Origin: an uncultured virus (IMG/VR IMGVR_UViG_3300042905_003821)
Taxonomy: Duplodnaviria > Heunggongvirae > Uroviricota > Caudoviricetes
IMG/VR virus record: IMGVR_UViG_3300042905_003821
Direction: 5' to 3' (one strand)
Length of the DNA: 20,000 nt
The position numbers and the translations under genes are program-made. Below are positions 7,671-16,071 of the stretch, piece after piece; the first letter of the stretch is position 1; each line of letters starts with the position of its first letter. The notes under the pieces are model-generated. The model had not been told where the DNA came from and did no database searches. It was given only the letters and a program-made list of their open reading frames with translations.

Positions 7671-8750
7671 TTAGACGCTGTAGTGGACGATTCCGCAGTT
7701 GGAGTTGATGTCAACTTTCATCTGCGGGACCATCATTGCCATCACTCGGAACTTCTCAAGCAAGCCGCCGCGCTCTTGCCATTGGACGGTTTGAATGTCC
7801 ATTCCGATGATGGTGCGAACGGTGCTGGAATCCTCTTGGACAAGCAACAGTTGCTTGCCGGTGAGGTAATCGCAGACTTCGACGCTCGAAATTTGCGGGA
7901 TCTGCTCGATCATTCTTAGCAACGAGGTCGAATCGTAGCTGGTGGAGAACGGACGCATCATGTATTGCATGAAGCCCGTCGAGTACCACAGCTTGAACGG
8001 CCCGTAGTGCAGCTTGTCATAAGCTGCTTGGATCATCGCGATCACGTTGGTATAGGTGTCGTTGGGAACCCAACTTCCGCCTGCGGGATCAGCCGCCGAA
8101 CCGGTAATCCGGTTCGGGAAATTGGTCAACCCGTAGAGGGTTGCCCCACCAAAGGTGAACGTACCGAAGGTTCCCAAGTGGAGCTTTTCGGCTTCTTCGG
8201 CGACCTTGATCGCGGCCAGTTCCAACATCGAAGTGTCAAGCGGCGTGTTGCCGTTTCGGCTGGTAGCCAATTGACGGCTCGACATCGTCACTTCTTTGTG
8301 GATGATCGGCAATGGCAGGTTGACGAGATCGTAGATCGGACGGTCGTTGTCCCCAGGAGCCAAGGCATCCATCGAGATCCGAGCGGCACTGATGTCGCTC
8401 TGACGTTCGTATTGGTAAACCGTCTTGCCGAACCCGTTCGGCAAGTTGACCGAGAGGCCGGAGCCTCGAAGCCAGTTGACGATCTTGAGTCGCTTGCGAG
8501 CCGCCTTGACGACTACGTCGTCAAGGTACTCCCACTCGTCCTTACGCAAGGTTGCCCCGGCGTTGGTGACGTAAGCCTTGACAACGGGGTTCCCGTTGTC
8601 ATCGACTTCGCCAGTGGCGTGGTTGATGTAGCTTCGACCATCGGCTCCCACGAATGGGCGGAGGACGTTGGTATCGAACCCAGTTGCGAGCAACTGGGAC
8701 GCCATACTTCCCGACGATTGGTTGTTCAAAACAAATTCAATGTTTTCCAT
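7671..8750 (-). CDS. Major capsid protein, HK97 fold, encapsulin/Linocin-M18-like (359 aa)
   Basis: LRKDEWEYLDDVVVKAARKRL, PLPIIHKEV, LDTSMLELAAIKVAEEAEK and YGLTNFPNR motifs. Located after the protease and decoration genes. Confidence 0.85.
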   Translation of the reverse strand: MENIEFVLNNQSSGSMASQLLATGFDTNVLRPFVGADGRSYINHATGEVDDNGNPVVKAYVTNAGATLRKDEWEYLDDVVVKAARKRLKIVNWLRGSGLSVNLPNGFGKTVYQYERQSDISAARISMDALAPGDNDRPIYDLVNLPLPIIHKEVTMSSRQLATSRNGNTPLDTSMLELAAIKVAEEAEKLHLGTFGTFTFGGATLYGLTNFPNRITGSAADPAGGSWVPNDTYTNVIAMIQAAYDKLHYGPFKLWYSTGFMQYMMRPFSTSYDSTSLLRMIEQIPQISSVEVCDYLTGKQLLLVQEDSSTVRTIIGMDIQTVQWQERGGLLEKFRVMAMMVPQMKVDINSNCGIVHYSV

Positions 8751-8771
8751 GAGAGTCGGTAGTCCTTACTA

Positions 8772-9206
8772 CTAGATGAAGCGAACTTGGATCAGTTCTT
8801 GGGTTGCGACGTTCGAGGCTTCCTCGCAGATCGCAAAGACCTTGACTGGGGAACCGGTGGTTTTGATGAGGGTTCCGTCTCCGCCGGAGATCAAGTTATC
8901 CCCAACTGCGACGTTTTCGCTCGCCTTGAGGCGAGCGTATCGCTTGGCTCCGGGAACCACGTACTCGGCGTACACGCGAGTACCCTCGGCGGCGGAGTCA
9001 TTGACTCCTAAGCCTTGCAAGGCATCTTCGTGGAGAATCAAGGTTGCGCCGTCCCCGCCCGAAGTGGCGTGGACGTTGCAAGCGGTCGCCGTGGTGCGGC
9101 GAACAAGCATCCCTGGTTTGAGAGTCGCGCCGGAAGCGACCAAGAACTCCTCTTGGACTCCATCAGGCCCAGCCAGTCGAATCGTTTGTGCGAGAGCAAT
9201 AGTCAT
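8772..9206 (-). CDS. Capsid decoration/cement protein (144 aa)
   Basis: Lies between protease and MCP. The patterns LKPGMLV and VAVGDNLISGGDGTL resemble beta-tulip decoration proteins. Confidence 0.65.
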   Translation of the reverse strand: MTIALAQTIRLAGPDGVQEEFLVASGATLKPGMLVRRTTATACNVHATSGGDGATLILHEDALQGLGVNDSAAEGTRVYAEYVVPGAKRYARLKASENVAVGDNLISGGDGTLIKTTGSPVKVFAICEEASNVATQELIQVRFI

Positions 9207-9212
9207 GTGTCA

Positions 9213-9692
9213 CTAAGCCTTTGCGGAGAAGGTGGACGGAGGCAGGAAGCCTTTGACCGCAGCGGTCGAAGGCTTTGGATCGGAGGGGGCAGCCGATCCG
9301 GCGTATCGTGGAGCCGGAGCGGGTGCGGAGCCAGCGGCAGGAGCAGGGGCGGCGTTGACCGCAAAGACTGCCATCTTGTCGAGCGTTGCCGTAGGCAACG
9401 CTGCGAGTTCGTCCCTGCTGAACTGGTTCCTCTCGTTGGCTACGATCTTGTCGATCAAGCCATCGCGATGTGCGGTGTTGACGGCGAAGGCTTCTTCGAT
9501 CTTCGCTTTGACCTCGGCAGGGGCCGATGCAAGCAACTCGTTGAGATTCTTCGGAGCTTCGTTGACCACCGGGATTTCAACAGTCACGGTTCGCTGCAAC
9601 TTCGCCAAGGCCGTAACCTGATCGTCGGAGAGGTTGGTCACAAATTCTTTGTGGGATTCGCCGATTACGGCGAGGATTTCGTCGCGTTTCAT
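9213..9692 (-). CDS. Nested in-frame scaffold protein (~159 aa, MKRDEILAVIG...)
   Basis: In-frame ATG preceded by GAGCAGG and by an AT-rich promoter-like segment. Analogous to lambda C/Nu3. Confidence 0.5.
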   Translation of the reverse strand: MKRDEILAVIGESHKEFVTNLSDDQVTALAKLQRTVTVEIPVVNEAPKNLNELLASAPAEVKAKIEEAFAVNTAHRDGLIDKIVANERNQFSRDELAALPTATLDKMAVFAVNAAPAPAAGSAPAPAPRYAGSAAPSDPKPSTAAVKGFLPPSTFSAKA

Positions 9693-10379
9693 TTTGACCT
9701 GCTCATTGACTATAAGAGGTTTTGATTCTCGAACTTCTTGTATTCGATTCTCTAATAGTTTACCACCCGTGTCAGAATCCGCCAAATTTTTCTCGGATTC
9801 TGGATTGACAGGCTCTTTGTTTACTAGCAGCCCTGCTCCGTCTTTGACGGAACAGGCCCCCACTCCGTTGACGATCACCGCAAGGTGATCGGGCCGGAAG
9901 TTGCGAGCTTTCCCTGAGTATTCCTTGCCATTGTGCTGGCCGGAAGTGATTTCCTTGTCGACAAACAGGCCGGTGGAAACCTCCATCGGCTCTTGCTTCG
10001 CAAGAGCCGCCTTGATGGCGTGCCCTCCGGGCACGACATCCAAACGGGATTCGTCGAACCACGCATCAGCACGAAGTTTCTTCGTGCTGCCGTTGAACGA
10101 CGTGTTGAGGATCATGCCAACGCTGTAGTTCTCGATGGCATCGGGCAGGCATCCCGATACGAATTGGTCACCCTGCTTAGGGTGACCAACCGTGATGGGC
10201 TTGTGGTTCCAAGAGGAGACGGACTTGGTAATCTCGGATCGTTCGTACAGAACGGCTCCTTGATTACCGGTGAACACCCCCTCAACGATCATCGCCACGG
10301 GGGCTACGAGGTAGCTACGACCCGCTAGGGTCTTGCGCTGAACTTTGCTCGCTGCGAGGTTCGCTACCAGTGTTTCCAT
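9213..10379 (-). CDS. Prohead protease-scaffold fusion (DUF2213-like, ~388 aa)
   Basis: Start METLVANL with an AGGA RBS. Motifs KPITVGHP, MEVSTG and PDHLAVIVNGVGACSVKDGAG, followed by a helical Ala/Pro-rich C-terminal region. Confidence 0.8.
   Translation of the reverse strand: METLVANLAASKVQRKTLAGRSYLVAPVAMIVEGVFTGNQGAVLYERSEITKSVSSWNHKPITVGHPKQGDQFVSGCLPDAIENYSVGMILNTSFNGSTKKLRADAWFDESRLDVVPGGHAIKAALAKQEPMEVSTGLFVDKEITSGQHNGKEYSGKARNFRPDHLAVIVNGVGACSVKDGAGLLVNKEPVNPESEKNLADSDTGGKLLENRIQEVRESKPLIVNEQVKMKRDEILAVIGESHKEFVTNLSDDQVTALAKLQRTVTVEIPVVNEAPKNLNELLASAPAEVKAKIEEAFAVNTAHRDGLIDKIVANERNQFSRDELAALPTATLDKMAVFAVNAAPAPAAGSAPAPAPRYAGSAAPSDPKPSTAAVKGFLPPSTFSAKA
9757..9785 (-). promoter_or_regulatory. 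Internal sigma70-like promoter TTGGCG-N17-TAAACT with TGn extension
   Basis: AT-rich island inside the protease gene, about 65 bp upstream of the internal ATG. Confidence 0.5.
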
Positions 10380-10695
10380 CTTGAGATTCCTGCGGTGGGA
10401 GTTCGATTCCCTTGAAAGCCTTGGAGGCGATGCAGATAAACTTGGGGAAGATTTCCCCGTAGGCTTGATCGAAGGGAGCAGTCTTTGCGTCAGCGAGTAG
10501 CTGACGCAACGCCAACACTGAATCATTATAACTTATGCTACAATGATCGCAATTTTCGGCGCAGGGGGCTTGACAACAAGCCTCAAGCTGTGATTCGCGC
10601 GCGAGGGTTTTCAGTCGAGCAGAGCCGAGGAAAACCTCGCCTTGCTCAAGTAGTTCGACGACTTCGGCGGCGAGGTCTGGGTTGAAATTAACCAT
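10315..10695 (-). CDS. Hypothetical Cys-rich protein (126 aa)
   Basis: AAGGAG RBS and a start overlapping the portal end. Contains CCQAPCAENCDHC. Overlaps the protease start by 65 nt. Confidence 0.45.
   Translation of the reverse strand: MVNFNPDLAAEVVELLEQGEVFLGSARLKTLARESQLEACCQAPCAENCDHCSISYNDSVLALRQLLADAKTAPFDQAYGEIFPKFICIASKAFKGIELPPQESQDGNTGSEPRSEQSSAQDPSGS
10525..10552 (-). promoter_or_regulatory. Putative promoter TTGCGA-N16-TATAAT upstream of the protease gene
   Basis: Perfect -10 in a local AT-rich patch about 145 bp upstream of the protease ATG. Confidence 0.4.
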
Positions 10696-12211
10696 TCTTC
10701 GGTTTCTCCTTTTGGACTACGTTTCTGGGCGTTTTGCTAGGGTCTTTGGTGTTCCCAGGCTTGGGAACAGCGGGAATGCTCGACGGGGTGTTGTTCTGCT
10801 GGCCTGAGAGGCCAGCAGCCAGTTCTTTCAGAACTGGCGAGAACTCGGTTCGCTCGGCCTTGGCTATCGCCTCGGCTTCCTCGAACCGCAACCCCATGAT
10901 CTTCGTGAGCCAATCGATCAGCGGGATGACGGCTTCGGAACCGGCGGTGGTGTACCGAGCCAAGGCTTCGGTACGTTTGAGTCCGATTTCTGCCTTCTCA
11001 GCTTCGGTCATCTCGGCAAGTGGCTTCCACTTGACGATGTAGGGCCTCGGCGAGCCTCCTACGGTCTTGGTTGGGGGCAAAGCTCCCATCTGTTGGATCT
11101 TGTTGATCGTCGCCCGAATGATCTTCGGGGTGACGAACAACTCTCGACGCTGGGCGATCTTGTTTCGCCAAGCGATCTCGTCCTGCTCGTTGGTCTGATT
11201 CCCGCCGTAGTTGCCAACCAGCTTTGTGATTGGGTATCCCTTGGCCGCTGCGATCATTCGCAGCGCGTTGTCGATAAACGGCGTCGGAGCTACTAGGGTG
11301 GGGGCCAAAGGCTTGACCTCGACGCCCACACCTGCGAAGTACCGAGACAGTCCGTTCTCGTACTTGTAGATCTCCTCCTTGATCGCTTCGCGATCTTCGT
11401 CGGCCAACTCCCCATTCTGCGGATCAACCTCGAAGGCGTACCCTGGGAAGCCTCCCTTGTAGTAGGCTTCCCCGGAGGCCACGTTGATCTTTCGCACGTC
11501 GTAGAGGCGGTTGAAAACCGCCTCCATTCGAGGGAAACCAAAGATTTCGCTGGTAGTTAAGCGAGTGTCCGCTACGTGGACGACTCGCGACCAGTGAACT
11601 TGGACGGTATCGGTAACTGGGGTAGCGTTCTTGTCGAGGGTGGAGTCAATCGTGTCTTGGAAGTCCAACTCGTACATCTTCGGTAGGCCGTACCGAGGGT
11701 TGGTACGGTCCCGTTCCCACTCGGAGATCCGAGCCGCCGACTGATCGAACACTCGGTAGTAGAGGACTTTGGCGGCTCCTCGCGATTCCGCGATCCTGTC
11801 CTCGGTAAAACCGGGGGCAGGTGCGTCAAAGTCCAGTCCATCGTCCACGCCGATGAACAACACAGCGTACTGGCCGATACCAGATATGGCATCGACCTTC
11901 GCCAAGTATTCGTGGAGACTCGTCTCCACGACAAATTTGGAAATGGCTTTCTCGAAGGCCGTTTCACGGCCTTCGTCGGTTTCGTAGATGTCGGGGTACT
12001 CGGACCACGATTCCTCAGGTTCGAGCGTCACGACTCGCTGTGCGATGTCTTGACGCCGATACATCTGGACGTAGTCGTCAGTTGTGATGACTTGGGGGTA
12101 TCCCGCCTCTTGGTCGATGTCGCGTTTTTCAGTCTTGCCGTCGAGCAGGCTGTTGTAGAATGCGGCTCGGGACAGCAGGGCATTGTTGACTAGCGTATCA
12201 ATGGATCTCAT
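10688..12211 (-). CDS. Portal protein (DUF1073-like, 507 aa)
   Basis: ATGA-coupled to TerL. Motifs YRRQDIAQRVV, PRYGLPKMY, VHWSRVVHVAD and G.P.MEAVFNRLYD. Confidence 0.85.
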   Translation of the reverse strand: MRSIDTLVNNALLSRAAFYNSLLDGKTEKRDIDQEAGYPQVITTDDYVQMYRRQDIAQRVVTLEPEESWSEYPDIYETDEGRETAFEKAISKFVVETSLHEYLAKVDAISGIGQYAVLFIGVDDGLDFDAPAPGFTEDRIAESRGAAKVLYYRVFDQSAARISEWERDRTNPRYGLPKMYELDFQDTIDSTLDKNATPVTDTVQVHWSRVVHVADTRLTTSEIFGFPRMEAVFNRLYDVRKINVASGEAYYKGGFPGYAFEVDPQNGELADEDREAIKEEIYKYENGLSRYFAGVGVEVKPLAPTLVAPTPFIDNALRMIAAAKGYPITKLVGNYGGNQTNEQDEIAWRNKIAQRRELFVTPKIIRATINKIQQMGALPPTKTVGGSPRPYIVKWKPLAEMTEAEKAEIGLKRTEALARYTTAGSEAVIPLIDWLTKIMGLRFEEAEAIAKAERTEFSPVLKELAAGLSGQQNNTPSSIPAVPKPGNTKDPSKTPRNVVQKEKPKNG

Positions 12212-13617
12212 AGAATTCCCAATCGGGTGCGTTGTTTATCGAGCATCGAGAATGCCCCTGAGCTTGCGTCCACTTGGTCGTCATGCTTCCCGTTCGGGAA
12301 GTATGCGAGTTCTTCGAGGTATGGTGTGTTGTAGGCCCCCTTGACCATGTACACGTTCCCAGCGTTCACCTGAACGCTGAACGTGTCTGCCCGGAGGGTT
12401 TTCTTACCAGAAGCTAAATTGGGATAAACGCGAAATCCGGATAGCCGTTTGACGGAATCCTTCACAGAATCCACACCTGACGACCCCGGCTCGCGTTCAA
12501 TCCCAATCCGGACGGATTTTCCATCCCTATGAGCGCAGGCGACAATCTGTCGCTCGCGATCATCTGATTCCCATTGCCCTCTAATTATATCCAAAATCCA
12601 ATATGAGCCATCCTTATGCAATCCCATCTTAACGCCTACTGTGTAGTCCCCGCCACCATCAGTAGCGGCTTTATCGTAGTAGCGCACAATCTTCTGGAAG
12701 GAATCGACTCCGGGCGGGTGTTCAACGATTTTGATTCGCTCAGGCTTGAACATCCCCCCACCGAGGGGGATGGGGTCTTGGAGGATCTGGCCTGAGTAGC
12801 CGAACTGACCGAGTTCAGTCTGCATTCGGGCCAAAACAGACCGTGACAGCCGTACCGGGTCGAATAAACCATTCTGATACCTAGCACGAAGTTCAGGTGG
12901 GTTGATCTTCGGGGTGTCCTCGCCGGGGACGCAGATGTGCCGAACGCCCCGCGCGATGTAAAGCTCACTTGGATCGTCTTGGTGTAGCCTTTGCATGACC
13001 ACGAACGTCGGCGTAAGGTCTTTGTTGACCTTACGCGAAGGGATCGTCTCTTTGCACCAAGTGTTGGCCGTCTCAAGGTCTGCCTTTGATCGGACCCCTT
13101 TGGGGTCGATGGGATCGTCGACCACGATGCCGTGGGCGTGCATACCCATCACCGAGCCGCCCACCGCAACTGCGTAGCGGTCGCCGCCTCGCGTGTTGGC
13201 CCAGTGGCTTTTGGAGTTTGTGTCTTTGCTCAAGCGAATATCGGGGAAAGTGCGCTGATACAGCGCACTTTCAACCACTTGTCGGGATCTTCCCGACAAG
13301 TCAAGTGCTAGGGCGTCCGTGTAGGACGCCCCGATCATCCGGAAGTGGGGCATCCGAGTCCATGCCCAAGGGGTGAGCATCACCGAGAACAAAGTGGACT
13401 TCGACGTTCCGGGGGCGATATTGACCAAAAGGTCGTGTGTGCTGTTCTCGCCTCGAAAGACCCGTTCAAGGGATTCTTGGATTTCGTCGCAAAGGTACTT
13501 GATGTGCCAGTTGCACACCAAGGGATCTTTGACAATCGTATGCCAAAACTGCTTCACGAACTCGAAATACGAGTCGCGACAAGTCGAGGCGAGGAGTTCG
13601 TAGTAGTCGAATTTCAC
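12208..13617 (-). CDS. terL: Terminase large subunit (~469 aa)
   Basis: Walker A variant NIAPGTSKST, Walker B GIVVDDP, coupling motif VMQRLHQDD, and nuclease motifs YYDKAAT..GGDYT and HDDQVDA. The GTG start at 13617 is preferred because the longer ORF overlaps the divergent gene and promoters. Confidence 0.92.
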   Translation of the reverse strand: MKFDYYELLASTCRDSYFEFVKQFWHTIVKDPLVCNWHIKYLCDEIQESLERVFRGENSTHDLLVNIAPGTSKSTLFSVMLTPWAWTRMPHFRMIGASYTDALALDLSGRSRQVVESALYQRTFPDIRLSKDTNSKSHWANTRGGDRYAVAVGGSVMGMHAHGIVVDDPIDPKGVRSKADLETANTWCKETIPSRKVNKDLTPTFVVMQRLHQDDPSELYIARGVRHICVPGEDTPKINPPELRARYQNGLFDPVRLSRSVLARMQTELGQFGYSGQILQDPIPLGGGMFKPERIKIVEHPPGVDSFQKIVRYYDKAATDGGGDYTVGVKMGLHKDGSYWILDIIRGQWESDDRERQIVACAHRDGKSVRIGIEREPGSSGVDSVKDSVKRLSGFRVYPNLASGKKTLRADTFSVQVNAGNVYMVKGAYNTPYLEELAYFPNGKHDDQVDASSGAFSMLDKQRTRLGIL

Positions 13618-13629
13618 AAAATGGCCCTG

Positions 13630-13657
13630 TAGACAGAATTCTGATACGAAGTAAGAT
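13630..13657 (+). promoter_or_regulatory. Rightward promoter TAGACA-N16-TAAGAT
   Basis: Near-consensus hexamers upstream of the first plus-strand gene. Confidence 0.4.
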
Positions 13658-13681
13658 ACCATTAGTTTGCCTAATCTACAA
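13653..13681 (-). promoter_or_regulatory. Leftward promoter TTGTAG-N17-TATCTT with TGn extension, driving terL
   Basis: In the AT-rich divergent intergenic region, with correct spacing. Confidence 0.5.
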
Positions 13682-13735
13682 GATTTTCCACCAACCCCAA
13701 GCAATCCGATGGTCGAACCCCCAACAAGGCACGAA

Positions 13736-14128
13736 ATGGCCGAGGACGAGCGTAAGGCTCGTCTGATCCTCTCCAAAAGCACCGACACCGACGTTCGGTA
13801 CGTCTGCAAGCGGTTCATCCACTGGGTCGGCGTAGCGGATCGCTACGCCGACTCCTTCTACCCCTGCTTCGGCCTGCTCGAAGCAGAGGTCCGGCAGCAC
13901 AGGTCGTCGTTTTCCTTGGAAAACGACGGCGTTTGGCGGCTACGATCTTCCGAAGGGAAGATCGTGCTGACGGGAACAAGTCTGAAAGACTTGTTCGTGA
14001 ACGTGGTTTTGTGGAAAGGGGAATGGCCTCAGGAGGAGCTTCTGCAAGAATGCGCCGACGAGGAGGACGAGATTTTGGAAGATGCCCGAAGGGAATCTAC
14101 CAAAAAGAAGGCCACCAAAAGCGTATAA
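13736..14128 (+). CDS. Hypothetical protein (~130 aa; alternative start 13709)
   Basis: First gene of the plus-strand arm, with an acidic then basic C-terminus. No recognised motif. Confidence 0.65.
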   Translation: MAEDERKARLILSKSTDTDVRYVCKRFIHWVGVADRYADSFYPCFGLLEAEVRQHRSSFSLENDGVWRLRSSEGKIVLTGTSLKDLFVNVVLWKGEWPQEELLQECADEEDEILEDARRESTKKKATKSV

Positions 14129-14177
14129 CCCTTCGTAAAGCCTTACTTCAAGGCGCATTTGCACACGAAAGGTTACT

Positions 14178-14804
14178 ATGATTGTCGAAGAACCTCGATC
14201 TGAGATCGAACTTGCCGTTGACCACCTTATGCTAAACGTCGTGGATTTTTCCACGCCTGAGGGGATGCTGAACGCTACGACAGCATTCGCTCGCGGCTTG
14301 GCCGCGAGCGTAGCCGCCCTCGACGAATACGCCGATCCCGACAAGTCGCCTGCGAACTACCAACGAAACATCGAATACTCCCACGTCTTTTTCAACGCCA
14401 TCGAAGGTGGGATGTGGTTGGCTCGGCAGAATGTGGAGCCCTCGAACGACGCTGAAATTCAGCTGTTGGAGGACACTTTGTCGCTAATCGGCGATCTTCT
14501 TTGCAAGAAGATCGCCCGATGCGACCCTGCCGGTGTTATTACAGCCCCCGCCATTGGATTTCCGACTGAGAACGCAAAATTCATTGACCGGGCACTTTTC
14601 GCTACGCGAAAACTGTACGCCAAGATCAATCTGATGGTGGGGCTTGCCCCGATGGCAGATGTGATCTCCGAGGAACTGGCCGACAGTCTCCATGACGAGT
14701 TTTACCGGCACACAAAAGCGTCGAGCCTCGCCAAGATCGGGGATTTTGTCACTCGGCTCCATGCGATGTTCCCCCAGCTTCGCAAGAAGGGGGAATCGCG
14801 GTAA
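14178..14804 (+). CDS. Hypothetical alpha-helical protein (208 aa)
   Basis: AAGG RBS, phage-like codon usage, and TAATG coupling to the methyltransferase. Confidence 0.75.
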   Translation: MIVEEPRSEIELAVDHLMLNVVDFSTPEGMLNATTAFARGLAASVAALDEYADPDKSPANYQRNIEYSHVFFNAIEGGMWLARQNVEPSNDAEIQLLEDTLSLIGDLLCKKIARCDPAGVITAPAIGFPTENAKFIDRALFATRKLYAKINLMVGLAPMADVISEELADSLHDEFYRHTKASSLAKIGDFVTRLHAMFPQLRKKGESR

Positions 14805-15976
14805 TGAGTAGATACAAACTGATTAACGCCGATTGCTTGGAAGCCATGACTCGGGCGAAGCCCGAGTCGGTGGATGCTATCGTGACCGACCCGCCCTACG
14901 GGTTGGCGTTCATGGGTAAGCAATGGGACCACGGCGTCCCTGGGACGCCGTTCTGGGAGGCGGCTTTGCGGGTCGCAAAGCCGGGCGCGCACCTACTGGC
15001 GTTCGGCGGTACGAGGACGTACCACCGACTCGCCTGTGCCATCGAAGATGCTGGTTGGGAGATCCGAGATTGTGTCATGTGGGTATACGGGTCAGGTTTC
15101 CCTAAAAGCCTTGACGTGAGCAAAGCGATTGACAAGGCGGCAGGGGCAGAGCGGGAGGTTGGCCCACTCAAACGAGGGGGTGATCGACTGCTACGCCTCG
15201 AAAACGGTAAACGAGACGGTGATGGTACTTGGGGGGATGAATCAGGTCGGAATGCCTACACTTCGATTCCATCTACCGAAGCCGCTAAGCAATGGGAAGG
15301 CTGGGGCACAGCCCTCAAGCCAGCTTACGAGCCAATTCTGTTGGCTCGTAAGCCATTTCCCACAACAGTCGCCGCGAATGTGCTAGTCCACGGAACAGGA
15401 GGGTTGAATATCGATGGCTGTAGGGTGGAGGGCGCACCGCCTAGTGTGCCGCAGCCTGTTTTCAATAGCCCCACCGGACGCACTTACGGCATGAAAACCG
15501 GCGAAGGCCGCAACGGTGAAATGAGCCAAGCCACAGGCCGTTGGCCTGCCAACCTCATCCACGATGGCAGCGAGGAGGTGCTGGCGTTGTTTCCTGAGAC
15601 GGGGCCAACAGGCGGTTCAGCCTTGCGTAGCTCAAGCCGCCAATCGGAATACGGGATGGACAATTGCGAACGCGAAGTTTACCTAGACTCCGGCAGCGCA
15701 GCACGATTTTTCTATTGTGCTAAAGCAAGCAAGAAGGATCGTGGCGGCAGCAACAAGCACCCCACGGTCAAGCCCACCGACCTGATGCGTTACCTATGCC
15801 GATTGATAACGCCGCCCAGCGGCGTTATCTTAGACCCCTTCATGGGATCTGGATCGACTGGCAAGGCGGCTATTCTTGAAGGATTCCGATTCATCGGAAT
15901 CGAGAAAGAAGCCGAATACTTGGAAATTGCCAAGGCGAGGATTGAGTTCGCCCCTTCCGAAGGAAGGGCCAAATAA
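14804..15976 (+). CDS. DNA methyltransferase, N6-adenine/N4-cytosine, beta class (390 aa)
   Basis: Catalytic TDPPY, then WVYGSGFPKS and HPTVKP, and the C-terminal SAM-binding DPFMGSGSTG. Confidence 0.93.
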   Translation: MSRYKLINADCLEAMTRAKPESVDAIVTDPPYGLAFMGKQWDHGVPGTPFWEAALRVAKPGAHLLAFGGTRTYHRLACAIEDAGWEIRDCVMWVYGSGFPKSLDVSKAIDKAAGAEREVGPLKRGGDRLLRLENGKRDGDGTWGDESGRNAYTSIPSTEAAKQWEGWGTALKPAYEPILLARKPFPTTVAANVLVHGTGGLNIDGCRVEGAPPSVPQPVFNSPTGRTYGMKTGEGRNGEMSQATGRWPANLIHDGSEEVLALFPETGPTGGSALRSSSRQSEYGMDNCEREVYLDSGSAARFFYCAKASKKDRGGSNKHPTVKPTDLMRYLCRLITPPSGVILDPFMGSGSTGKAAILEGFRFIGIEKEAEYLEIAKARIEFAPSEGRAK

Positions 15977-16071
15977 TGAGTACCACACTTGCCATTGTTT
16001 TGTGCGTGGGGCTGGAACTTTTGATTGCGGTTGTGGTTTTCCTTGTCTCTGATTCTGCTAGGAGACGGTAA
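15976..16071 (+). CDS. 31-aa single-TM micro-protein MSTTLAIVLCVGLELLIAVVVFLVSDSARRR
   Basis: Exactly fills the gap between the two MTases, with TAATG overlaps at both ends. Too short for the ORF track. Confidence 0.65.
   Translation: MSTTLAIVLCVGLELLIAVVVFLVSDSARRR

Noticed and set aside
7671..8750. Cellular encapsulin or bacteriocin operon
   Set aside because: The gene is embedded in a full terminase-portal-protease-neck operon with no cargo enzyme.
5355..9725. Long plus-strand ORFs (5355-6380, 7965-8762, 9015-9725)
   Set aside because: Antisense shadows of high-GC3 genes, with no motifs or RBS.
10688..12211. Anti-CBASS Acb1 annotation sometimes attached to DUF1073 proteins
   Set aside because: No appended 2H-phosphoesterase domain with paired HxT motifs is evident. 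Size and position indicate a plain portal.
13618..13818. N-terminal extensions in the ORF track (terL here; similarly protease 10380-10526, 3234-3377, 1156-1251, 399-470)
   Set aside because: They overlap neighbouring genes or promoters, and downstream starts have better RBS or coupling.
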